Origin: Chrysomallon squamiferum
Taxonomy: Eukaryota > Animalia > Mollusca
Assembly: GCA_012295275.1 (NCBI GenBank)
Contig: CM022677.1
Coordinates: forward strand, 12,710,001 to 12,774,000
DNA length: 64,000 nucleotides
Direction: 5' to 3'
Shown one piece after another: positions 15,095 to 25,007 of the stretch. The notes below the pieces were generated by a model. It saw nothing but the letters and a program-made list of their open reading frames with translations, was not told where the DNA came from and made no database searches. Both the position numbers and the translations under genes were made by a program. Every line of letters starts with the position of its first letter. Positions within the stretch are counted from its first letter, which is position 1.

Positions 15095-15860
15095 GGTATC
15101 AGGTCAATTGCCCCTGGACACTGCCCCTAAGGACAACTGCCCCCATTTTTCTTCAAATATACCATTCAAAGTTATTTTTAAGCAACATTCCAATAAATTA
15201 GTCAAAGCTACCTAGAGTCAGCTAATTACTAATTGAACTTGATCAGAGGCATTTGGATTACTTTGATCTGCTAAAACGTCTGCTGAAACATATTATCAAA
15301 AATCATCTAACACCAAAGCTAACGAAAGTCAGCTAATTACTAATTGATCAAGGCATTTGGATTACTTTGATCTGTTAAAACGTCTGCTGAAACATTATTA
15401 AAAATCATCTAACACCAAAGCTAACGAAAGTCAGCTAATTACTAATTCAGGCTAATTAAATGCTAAAGATTCTTTTGATTTGGCAACTGATCAATAATTA
15501 AGACGAATGAGACAGTACATAAGGTCATAGCGTCAGAGTATGGTCATCCAAAACTTGCGTTCGAAAACTATGTGTATGTCCGACAGAAGGAACTCAGTGG
15601 TGCAGTGATTTCTTACGAGTGTGAAGGAAGAAGACAACACGCTTGTAAAGCTAAACTGAACTGTGTCTGGATGCTTCTTTCATCTGGCGCCAAGTTCAAC
15701 TCATTAGTCTAGCAGTTTGTTACATACTGATGAAGATTTTGCATTCGTTCCAGTGCATGAAGTGACGGCAGCTTTTGAAGCACTATCAGAAGCTGATGAC
15801 CATAACTCTGTATTACAAATACTTGAGTACTTTGAGGACAACTTCATCGGTTTAAAGTAA
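15095..15860 (+). mobile_element. Degenerate MULE (Mutator-like) DNA transposon fragment
   Basis: Terminal repeated ggacaa(c/t)tgcccc motifs at 15100-15145; transposase remnants YECEGRRQHACKAKL (FLYWCH-like), VSGCFFHL and FAFVPVHEVTAAFEAL..LEYFEDNFIG; internal ~110-bp direct duplication at 15218-15445. Confidence 0.7.
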
Positions 15861-16129
15861 GTGCTACCAAGATAGATTAAGATGACTGCCTCCTATTGGG
15901 AGCTTTCGTTAGAAGTGGCATCTGTATGGTCGGTCATATGGCAATTGCAGCCTGGAATATAAGGGAGGACATAACAAAGGTGGCGACGCTGGTGTTGTTT
16001 GTTTTGTGTTCTTTTGGGGTTTTTTCGTACTGACTTCATGTTTTTTTTGTTCTCCAACTCTAGAATTTTTATTATGATTTGTTTTATGAATCTGTTTCTC
16101 CTCCTTGGAGATGCCACAGTTACCATATT

Positions 16130-19100
16130 GTAAATGTTAACATTGCTATAGCAGAAATTACCTAATAATAAAGCCCTTTGTTTAGACAGTCATATATATT
16201 ACGAATATATATTATACGAACAGCTAGCTGAGAGATCCGCTTGCTTCCCCTCACCGCCCAGTTACATTCTCGCGTCAGAAGTGGGATTTTAAGTCAATTA
16301 GGACTGAACCCGGACATTTAGAAATTAAGTGAAAGACGGCCAATGGACTCACGTGACCAGGCATAGAAAAGATTTGATGTTGACGATTGTTTGAATCTAC
16401 ATGATTGACGTCACGAGATTCCCAACTGAAGAGGGTTACTAAATTGATCCAAATTGATCCAAGAACATTTACATTTTTTTTCAAACGAATAACAAAAAAA
16501 AAAAAAAATAATAACATGTTTATGTAATTAAAAATTCAGTAATATTAAGTTAAGTATGTATGTTATAACCATTGGTAAAAATTTCTTCAGGACTACCTGT
16601 ACTTGGGATTGTGTAAAATATTATTTTATATTCCAGTGAATAATAGTTTATAAGTTAATATGGAGCTTTTGGAGAAATAAATAACTAAAAACATGTTAAT
16701 TTCAGACAATTAAACGATATGTCAAATTATCTTCTCTTTTGTGGTCATTGAAGTCTAGTAAGATAGAATTTAGCGGTTTTCATAAATCTTTAAATTGATT
16801 TTTAAGTAAAGTGATGCTGTAGTTTTGAGTAGCTATGAACAGCTTAGACGAGATTTTCAAAACCTCGATTCCCAGTTTAGGGAGCAGGCCAAAGAGAATC
16901 AGATTCGTTCAGATTCGATTAGAAAGTACGAGAGACAACGACTCTAAAAGATTCTAACTTTAATCCTCTGCTCATATTTAGAAGAAGTCGACAATATGGG
17001 TCAGATGAATCTCTGCTGATGTACAGCCATGAATTGCTAAGACTGTGTCAGCAGCTGGAACATGATGAATGTTAACATGGTCAGCGAGATCTGCATCTGA
17101 GAAATCCCTATTTGAGTCGGGAACTCAACCGACAGATGCTGGGTAATACAGCGGAATCCTTTTTTAATTGGGCCGTTGATTGGCATAAACGTTGTTCTTG
17201 GTATCCTGGTTAAAGAGGCTGCTGATAATCCTCTTTTGCCTTCGGAGATACCGGGGCTGATTTTTTTACCATTAGGGAAACATGTTACAAAAAATCATTT
17301 GAAACATAACGTTGAGACTTCAGCCTCTTAAATGCAAAACCTGTCAAAGATGCGCATCCACTTCCCCGTGTAGATGAAACACTTGAGACATTGAAAGGCG
17401 CCAAGTATTTCTCTTCCATCGATCTAGCACATGGATTTCTTCAGTGAAGAGAAAGAGGAAGACATTCCCAAGACTGCATTTCGCGCTGGTTCGTCCTTTT
17501 TTTTTTTCTTTTTTTTTAATATACCAGGATTTCCATGGGTTTGTTTAATCAGAGTAGCCTAATGGCTAATGCAGGTTTGCCTGGGAGAAGACAGCCTTCA
17601 GTCTCTGATAGTATATCTAGAAGTCATTCTTGTGTTTGGACGCACCTTCGACGAAATGGACCAAAGGCTAGAAATGGTATTTGGTAGGCTACACGTGTCA
17701 TTTGCTTAAAAAGGAGGTTAAGTATCTTGGCCATGTTGTTTCAGAGACGGGTATTTCTGATCAGGTTTCAGCTGTCAAAGACTGGAAAATACCAACAAGA
17801 GAACTGAGGTCATTTCTTGGATTTACCAGCTACTATCGAAGGTCCAATGAGTTTTACCAACATAGCCACATCCCTGCATTCACTGATAGGTGGTGGCAAG
17901 AAAAAGAAAGGAAAACTTGTCAAAAGGTTCCTGAAACTCGGAAAGCTTTTCAGGAATGCAGGGATCAGTCTTGTGACGATGCTTTCAATGCATCAACAGT
18001 TTAGCTGACTACAATTCCAAGTTTAGGCTACTCTGATTTTCATTGATGAGATTGATGCAGGTTTTCAGGGTTTGGGAGCTGTTCTATCTCAAGAGCAAGA
18101 TGGTCGAGTAGTGGTTATTTCTTCTGCCAGTCGAAGCTCAAACTTGATCTCTTGGTGAAGTTAATAAAGAGACTGCTGAGACATGGCTAGAGGTAGGAAA
18201 CAGTTCAGAGCTGAGAGGAATTTAAAAGAATCTGGGTTGTTAACACTAATCTGACGATGAGACAGATTATTTCTTGAAAACTGTGAACTTTACAGAAACG
18301 TAAAGGACCCCAACTTTGGAAGAATGAAGCAAATTGCCAGGAATAATGAATGAGAAAGTTCTGCATAGTTTACATAATCAGGAAGGACACCAAGATTTTG
18401 AAAGAAGGATGAGTCCTATTAGAAGATGTAACTGGCCTGCAATGCACAAAGATGTGGGACAATGGTGTAAAGAGTGTGAAAGGTGTGAAATGACTAAACT
18501 GCCACAATTCAAACTGAAACTACCTTTGGGACATCGTATTGCTACGAGACCTGTTGAGATTGTAGCCATGGATTTGACAGTGTTGGCGCCATCTTCACGT
18601 GGCAAAGAAAATGTCTTAGTCATGACTGATGATTTTACCAAGTTCACTGGGAAAGACCAGACGGCTGAAACCACAGCAAAGATACTCGGAGTGGATTCAG
18701 TGACATGGAGCTCCAGAACGATTACACTCTGACCAAGTAGAAACTTAGAATTGGAGGTAACAAGTAGTTTATGTACTCTTTATGGAGTGAAAAAGAGCAG
18801 AACCACTCCATATCACCCTGAAGGAAATGGTCAGTGTGAGAGATTCAACAGGACACTGCATGATCTGCTCCGCACAATTTCCAATGAATGTAAGAAGAAA
18901 TGGCCTGAGTACATACCTCAGCTTGTTTATTACTACAATGCTGCAACTCATTCTACAACTGGATTTTCACCATTTCATCCGATGTTTGTAAACATCCAGG
19001 GCAGGAAAAAGCATTCAAGATCACTGGAGAAGTCAACTGTACTGAGTCACTGAAATGCTGGATCAAGATGGAAGGTTACACAAACTTTGTCCTCTGGAAG

Positions 19101-19400
19101 ATGACAAAGACATCAGGGTGGTGAACAAGTTGGAGATGAAACAGAGCCATGTTACACACAACCAGAAAAATTATTTGAACAACAGTCAGACAATGCAAGA
19201 AATGACAAATCTAGACAAATCTAGATATAACATCATCATCTAGCGACGATGATCATCCAAATCAAGTTTTGTTAATGATGTAGCAAAACCTTCCCGTGCA
19301 TAAAACCTACCAGGGAGAACATTAAGACGATCTCAGCTAGCAACAAAAGGTAAAAATCAAAACAAATAAAACAAAGGTAATCAACAAAGGTAATCGTCCA
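16130..19400 (+). mobile_element. Degenerate Ty3/Gypsy LTR retrotransposon
   Basis: RT remnants LNAKPVKDAHPLPRVDETL..AKYFSSIDLAHGFLQ and KEVKYLGHVVS; RNase H EIDAGFQGLGAVLSQEQDG; integrase H..GH..CKECERC, PVEIVAMD and SRTTPYHPEGNGQCERFNRTL, in RT-RH-INT order. Many frameshifts; boundaries approximate. Confidence 0.93.
16261..16288 (+). promoter_or_regulatory. 5' LTR end (..GTTACA) and degenerate tRNA primer-binding site
   Basis: gttaca is followed by tcgcgtcagaagtgggatt, resembling the TGGTGTCAGAAGTGGGAT tRNA-Leu-type PBS common in Gypsy elements. Confidence 0.6.
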
Positions 19401-20126
19401 AGAGTACTAGAGTTTAGTTCTGCTTTTCTTAAACTGACATATTTCAGGTTTGTAAATTTCTCTGTGGCCAGTTTCTTTGGTAGTCAATCAGCTTGCATCA
19501 ACCTTTCAACAGAACTTTGATTTGATTTATCTTGATTAAAAAAAAAAAAGAAAAAAAAAAAATATATATATCTTTTATGTACATGTTCTGCCTTTAGACA
19601 CAGATTAGCACAAACATACTCACACAAAAAAAAAAACACAGATTGACAAAGAAAATACAGATTGAAGAGAGAGTGTTAAGCAGAATGAGGGTGTCCAAAG
19701 ACAATTATTTTTGGTTTTTCTTATTATTTTTCAAGTTACAAATTTGTTTAGGAGAATTATCTTAGTTGGATTGTCATTTTTATTATTTAGAGTTACTTGC
19801 CCTGGACCGTCAGTCAAAGAATTTCAATATTTCGACGTCAGCTTATTTTGCACACTATCTGACAAACCAAATGATTAAACGTTTGTTCCGGTCTTTTATT
19901 TGTTTCATTTTATTTGTTGAAATTTTTGTGCAATAAAGGCGTATAATGTATAAAAAATAAAAAAATACGTGAATTTGTTCTTACATTTTTATTTCATCAT
20001 TCTCTATTTTCACGAACTAATTGTATATACTAGCGTATACAAATACTGTAATCAGTATGAGTCTTAGTAAAACGTATATACAGGATTTCAAGTTACGAAC
20101 ATGTAGACTGTAAAATTAAGAAGCTA

Positions 20127-20158
<32 letters not shown>

Positions 20159-20235
20159 CAACAACAACAACAACAACAACAATAATAATAATAATAATCA
20201 TAATAATAATCATAATAACAATAGCAATAATCATA

Positions 20236-20284
<49 letters not shown>

Positions 20285-20810
20285 GTGGCCCGCTAAAAAG
20301 AATAATGAGAAGTACACCAAGCCGTGAAGGACAGCGCCAGTTTCAACAGCAGCGTCGCCAACGTTCACAGTAATAATAAAGATATATTAATAATATATTT
20401 TAATACAGGATGCGCACGCTCAGAAATAATAATACTAGGTGATAAAAAAGCAAGGAAGAACAATGAGAAGCACTCTAATAACTACGTTAGGAATAATCCG
20501 GTACGAAGGCAACGACGGCGACATTAATACAAAGTTCAGTAATATATTTTAATAGCTCAGAAAATACGAGTAATGACTAATAAAAATCGCAAAACAATAA
20601 TTAGAAGTACAGCAACAAAGCTAGGATCAACGACAGCAATTACGGTGATGTAAATAGAAATAGTAATAATACATTTTAAGTATAGCATTTGAACGCAAGA
20701 AAATTATAATATGAATAATAAAAAGTAAAAGGATAGCGAGAAGTACACCAGAACGTTGAGAACAACGCCGTTACGACGCTAATGACGGTGACATTAACAG
20801 AGCTTTTTAA
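20285..20810 (-). repeat. Array of the ~120-bp dispersed repeat family
   Basis: Repeated gagaagtacacca..aacaacgccgttacgacg..cattaa motifs, the reverse complement of the 2050-2800 units. Confidence 0.65.
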
Positions 20811-20855
20811 TAACAACAACAACAACTGCAACAACAATTAATCATAAATTAATAA

Positions 20856-20886
<31 letters not shown>

Positions 20887-21644
20887 AAAAATAAAAAAAT
20901 AAATAAATATTTATTTCACTGAAGGCAAAACTGAGAGAGCCGCCGCATTTTAAACTGTAGAAAGAAAAAAGAGTCATATGGGACTGTTGTAATACATATA
21001 TATATATATATATAGATCAGATTATTTTGAGAAAATAAATCAACCGATTTCGTGTATAATGGAACACATTAATCTTTCTGAAAAGTAAATTTCATGAAAA
21101 ATATTTAAAAAAATATATAAAAGTGCGCATGTCCTCCATGCCATGTGATGATGTGTTCAGGTTACGTGACGACAGCAACCTCGAGGACTGTTAATAGGAA
21201 CCTGAATGTTCGGGAAACACAGCGGCGAAACGTGGATGTTACGTTTTCATGTTCGTAAATATCTTCATCAACTCCATACCAAAAAGTATTAAAATGTCAT
21301 ATTGTATCGGGATACATCCTTCCCGAATCGATGTATCGTATCGGGGCCTTTGTATCACAATACGATTCTGTATCGTAGTAATCGTTACAGCTCTGGTGCA
21401 TACATATTTCTGTGTGTGTGCGTGTGTGCGTGTCTGTGTGTCTGTGAGCGCGCGTGTTTTTGTGCGTGCGTGCTTTGAAGTAGATGGTCAAACAGGCACA
21501 GAAGTATCTAAAAAATATTAATTAATATTTATATGCCTTTGTTTCTTCGTTTGTCCTCCGTTTTAAATATTTTATTTGTGAAATCAGATCTAGCGATTTA
21601 TCCAGGACTAGTTTATGTTGTAGTTGTTGTTAGTATCGTTGCTG

Positions 21645-21872
21645 TTTTAACTCGAAGGTGACTAGCTCCTTCGGGCGTAGCCCGAGCCCTACGGTCATAA
21701 GTTAAAAGTACATATTGGCTTTTAAGGCCAAAAACCAAAAACCATTCGTGTTATACATTGTTTTTTCAATAATAAACAAGAGTTGGGTTGGGATCTATCA
21801 TGTCCCTAATTCACACCCACGTGGTCTATTGCGTTATAGTCACGTGATCTCTCGCGCTATAGTACGACTGTT
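21645..21872. repeat. EVE1 left terminus: terminal hairpin (21645-21707) plus ITR (21701-21872)
   Basis: ttttaac-[49-nt GC-rich branched palindrome]-gttaaaa. 21701-21872 is the reverse complement of 24592-24763 with one mismatch and contains two CACGTG boxes. Confidence 0.95.
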
Positions 21873-21953
21873 TTACTAAGTTAATAGGATCTATACGTTA
21901 TAACACGTTTATATATTTAATACAGATAACAACGATATATTAAATTTTAAAAT

Positions 21954-21959
21954 TTTATT
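21954..21959 (-). terminator. Polyadenylation signal for the EVE1 capsid gene
   Basis: AATAAA on the minus strand about 45 nt after the VP stop codon. Confidence 0.55.
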
Positions 21960-22002
21960 TAACTTATGATAACATATTTACATAATATTAATGTTTAACA
22001 AA

Positions 22003-24123
22003 TTAAATTGGATAAGACCAATCAAAAGCATTTCCCATGGTTTCGACTGTTCTATCTCCATAGGCACCGTGTAACGGCCATAACTGTCTACGTCTATTTC
22101 TACGTTTGTTCCAATTGTCCCATACGGGAGCAAAGCATCTCATTTTCCATGTTTTCTGAATTCTTTCTTTGTATTTAGCTTCTTCTTCACCTAGAAACTG
22201 ATCTTGCTCAGTATGCTTAATGTTATCTTTGTTACCCATAGGCGTTGTTTCATTTTTCTTATATATCAGTCCTTGCATGTTACCTGGACAACCTCCTAAA
22301 CCTATTGGAATGTACTTAGGATACATTCCAGTTCTAACGACAAATTCGATCTCACTGTAATAAGTGATCTGAATGTTTGCATGATAATTAAAATACAATG
22401 TACTTCCACCACTTGTTTTCTCGACATCTGGATATAATCCAATTAGAAATATAGGTGGTCTGTTACATTGATACGTACGCCTATGAGAACCATCTTTACA
22501 TACGTCTACGTTAGGATTATTAGCATTGTTATGCATGACACCTTGATTACTTAATTTAGTGCCACCATCATCTACCATAGATGGTGCACCAAGTACATTA
22601 GATGCTTTATTCTGAAAACACGCTGTATAATGTATACGTCTATATTGATGATTGAAATAACAACATATCGCTGTACCCATTGGATGCTGTGTAGTATTAG
22701 TAACTATAATATCATGTGTTGGCCAGACTTCTAGATTACCTTTGTTTTCATTAGCACATTGATACTTAGATTTCTGACATAAACCAGAAATGTCTGTGAA
22801 ATTGAGAGTATGAGATGTTTCTGATGGAAATAAGATTAACGGTGAATCCTTGCACGTATAATCTAATGCAAAACCGCCAGCACTAATAACAGTTTCACGA
22901 TAACCATCGTGTTTTTTCATATCGTATATGTAATTTGGAGAAAGAGCTGTATATTCTACTCCGTCACCTGTCCAAGCATGATTTAACATTTGCATTGCCA
23001 TATCACTTGGTAAATACAATTTTCTATCAGGTTGAACAGGGATACTTCTATTGCTTACATCGTCCATACAGTCTTCGTCTTTAAAATAATAATTATGAGA
23101 CAACATTAAATTTTTTTCTGGTAACCCATAATCGTTATTTATATCGGTAAACGTCCAAACACGAGCGTTTGGTGGTGCCATAACAGGTACTTCGTTAGGA
23201 TCTGCTTTGTTATTATTTAAAACGTGAATAAGCATATTATTTATATTGAAACCTATTCTTTTGATTCTGTATCCCATGAAATCATCAGGTAAATTCCAAT
23301 CTTCTGGTTTAGTACTGGCGGCTTTGTACCAATATGGTATAATATGTCCTCCGTGATTAAACGTAAATTCGCATACATTAGGATCACCTATAGCTTTTTT
23401 CCAATTAACATTATCTGAATTATTGTCTAATACCTTCATTTCAGCTTTTCTATTTTTGGTAAAATTAATAGTACTTGTAAATGTTCGTTTAAATGTCTTT
23501 TTAATCGTAATGTATCTAGGATCCGTTCCTTTGGTAGTTCCACCAAAACCTTGATATAGAACATTATTACCAGTAGTCGATGCCATTGGAGCACCTTCGA
23601 CAGCTTCGCTCCCTCCGGTGTCTGTGACTTCTTCATTTGCAATGGAATCAGGTTCCATAACAGATTCTTCTGGTTGTAAATATGTACCTCTGGAATTCGA
23701 TTGTTCCAATACATCTTGCGAAACTACGTTGGATAACTGTGTGTTATTAGATCTTTTAGCAGAGCTACCACCGTACGGTTCATCAGATGGTCTCTTCATA
23801 GCTTGTTTATCACTATATCCGGACGAGAATTGCTGATCTCTTTGTCGTTGTACATCATTTGCGAGTATAGCGGGGTCTTTAACGTCGTCTTCGTCCGAAT
23901 CTTCAATAGCGTTATAGTTTTGCCAAAGATTTTGAATTGCCTGATAGAAATTTCTATTCGGAACTTGTATATTTGGATACTGACGTCTGACCTGTAACCA
24001 TTGTTGCTGTCTTTCTCTATAGGGGACATTTTGATCAGCTAGCTTGTCGAACAACGTAGCTTTAGCAGCAGCCCAAAGTCTATTTATAGCCTTTCTGCTT
24101 AATAATTGTTTTCCTTTAATCAT
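22003..24123 (-). CDS. VP: Parvovirus/densovirus-like capsid protein, 706 aa, intact
   Basis: Uninterrupted intronless ORF inside ITRs. A low-complexity G/S/T-rich region precedes jelly-roll-like strands (YITIKKTFKRTF, GHIIPYW, YRIKRIGFNI, PPIFLIGL, YHANIQITYYSEIEF). The C-terminal 200 aa align with the ORF next to NS1 in EVE2. No PLA2 HDxxY motif seen. Confidence 0.85.
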   Translation of the reverse strand: MIKGKQLLSRKAINRLWAAAKATLFDKLADQNVPYRERQQQWLQVRRQYPNIQVPNRNFYQAIQNLWQNYNAIEDSDEDDVKDPAILANDVQRQRDQQFSSGYSDKQAMKRPSDEPYGGSSAKRSNNTQLSNVVSQDVLEQSNSRGTYLQPEESVMEPDSIANEEVTDTGGSEAVEGAPMASTTGNNVLYQGFGGTTKGTDPRYITIKKTFKRTFTSTINFTKNRKAEMKVLDNNSDNVNWKKAIGDPNVCEFTFNHGGHIIPYWYKAASTKPEDWNLPDDFMGYRIKRIGFNINNMLIHVLNNNKADPNEVPVMAPPNARVWTFTDINNDYGLPEKNLMLSHNYYFKDEDCMDDVSNRSIPVQPDRKLYLPSDMAMQMLNHAWTGDGVEYTALSPNYIYDMKKHDGYRETVISAGGFALDYTCKDSPLILFPSETSHTLNFTDISGLCQKSKYQCANENKGNLEVWPTHDIIVTNTTQHPMGTAICCYFNHQYRRIHYTACFQNKASNVLGAPSMVDDGGTKLSNQGVMHNNANNPNVDVCKDGSHRRTYQCNRPPIFLIGLYPDVEKTSGGSTLYFNYHANIQITYYSEIEFVVRTGMYPKYIPIGLGGCPGNMQGLIYKKNETTPMGNKDNIKHTEQDQFLGEEEAKYKERIQKTWKMRCFAPVWDNWNKRRNRRRQLWPLHGAYGDRTVETMGNAFDWSYPI

Positions 24124-24132
24124 GAACTCTGA

Positions 24133-24489
24133 TTATGTCTGTTTAAATATGTAACGTTTTTCTCCTTCCTCTTCTTCTAACAAATGACGTTCGGCTGGTG
24201 TAACGTTTTTGTCAATGTCTTTACCAGTATCGGTTGATACGAATTCATCAAATTGATTCAAAGCTTCTTCTATTTGATTCTTTGTATAAGTAGAAATTCC
24301 TTCCACTGAAGCTTCTACAATAGATTGACCAATAGCTGTAGCTGGTTCTAATATGGCACTTTCTGCACCAATCAATTCAGATATGGCAGGAGCTGTAGAT
24401 TCTAATATAGCGTTTGTAGCTAAACCAACTGATGCATCAAATGCGTACTCTATTATCTCTGTAGCTATAATGCCTAACGCAGTGAACAT
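24133..24489 (-). CDS. 118-aa acidic, amphipathic viral ORF upstream of VP (candidate minor capsid or VP1-unique module)
   Basis: ATG about 60 nt after the TATA box; intact; stops 9 nt before the VP ATG and is in the same reading frame. Confidence 0.75.
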   Translation of the reverse strand: MFTALGIIATEIIEYAFDASVGLATNAILESTAPAISELIGAESAILEPATAIGQSIVEASVEGISTYTKNQIEEALNQFDEFVSTDTGKDIDKNVTPAERHLLEEEEGEKRYIFKQT

Positions 24490-24551
24490 GCTATCTCATC
24501 GAACGTTTATGATGGAATGATGTTAATATTTGAAAACATAACGATATCTGC

Positions 24552-24573
24552 ATTTATACCGGATATGACATCA
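24552..24573 (-). promoter_or_regulatory. EVE1 structural-gene promoter (CRE-like TGATGTCA + GGTATAAAT)
   Basis: Motifs lie just inside the ITR; same layout as TGACGTCA..GGTATAAAT upstream of NS1 in EVE2. Confidence 0.65.
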
Positions 24574-24591
24574 TATACTATATTTAAATAT

Positions 24592-24788
24592 AACAGTCGT
24601 ACTATAGCGCGAGAGATCACGTGACTATAACGCAATAGACCACGTGGGTGTGAATTAGGGACATGATAGATCCCAACCCAACTCTTGTTTATTATTGAAA
24701 AAACAATGTATAACACGAATGGTTTTTGGTTTTTGGCCTTGAAAGCCAATATGTACTTTTAACCCGAAGGTGACTAGCTCCTTCGGGC
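24592..24788. repeat. EVE1 right ITR plus half hairpin in the alternative (flop) orientation
   Basis: 24592-24763 is an inverted copy of 21701-21872. 24764-24788 (ccgaaggtgactagctccttcgggc) is a direct, not inverted, copy of 21652-21676. Confidence 0.95.
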
Positions 24789-25007
24789 ACCGGATGTATC
24801 GAAAAAGTCATTAAGTATGTTTAAAATATCGGCATCATTATCGTGAATCTCTTTTTCCATCTCATTCCAGATATTAAGCATGGCTTGATCTGTTGTTCCT
24901 AAAAATTGTTTTTCTGAATCATTCATCAAATATTTCATATAGTCTTGAAGTGATGTTCTTTGTGGGTCTTTAAGTTTCATGATTTTCAAATATTGTGTAT
25001 ATTTTAT
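24789..25007 (-). pseudogene. NS1: Internal fragment of a parvoviral NS1 (HUH motif III region)
   Basis: QYLKIMKLKDPQRTSLQDYMKYLMNDSEKQFLGTTDQAMLNIW aligns with EVE2 NS1 GYIKLRKLRQPYKYSVSEFMNYLIRDDEKMFLGTNCPDMLNKW. Confidence 0.85.

Larger units (their letters stand above)
21645..24788 (-). mobile_element. EVE1: endogenous parvovirus-like element, a capsid-only unit flanked by ITRs
   Basis: 172-bp ITRs with terminal hairpins enclose a TATA promoter, a 118-aa ORF, a 706-aa ORF and AATAAA. The ORF and the termini are homologous to EVE2, which carries an HUH-SF3 NS1. Confidence 0.9.

Noticed and set aside
19660-19810. Candidate polypurine tract and 3' LTR of the Gypsy element
   Set aside because: The sequence after gaagagagag-TGT does not visibly match the putative 5' LTR.
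24507-24749. 80-aa ORF upstream of ORF118
   Set aside because: It lies within the ITR and promoter, has a non-ATG start and begins upstream of the TATA box.
21645-24788. Interpretation as a DNA transposon or Polinton fragment because of the long TIRs
   Set aside because: No transposase, integrase or pPolB and no clear TSD; the hairpin termini and the HUH-SF3 homologue point to a parvovirus-type replicon.
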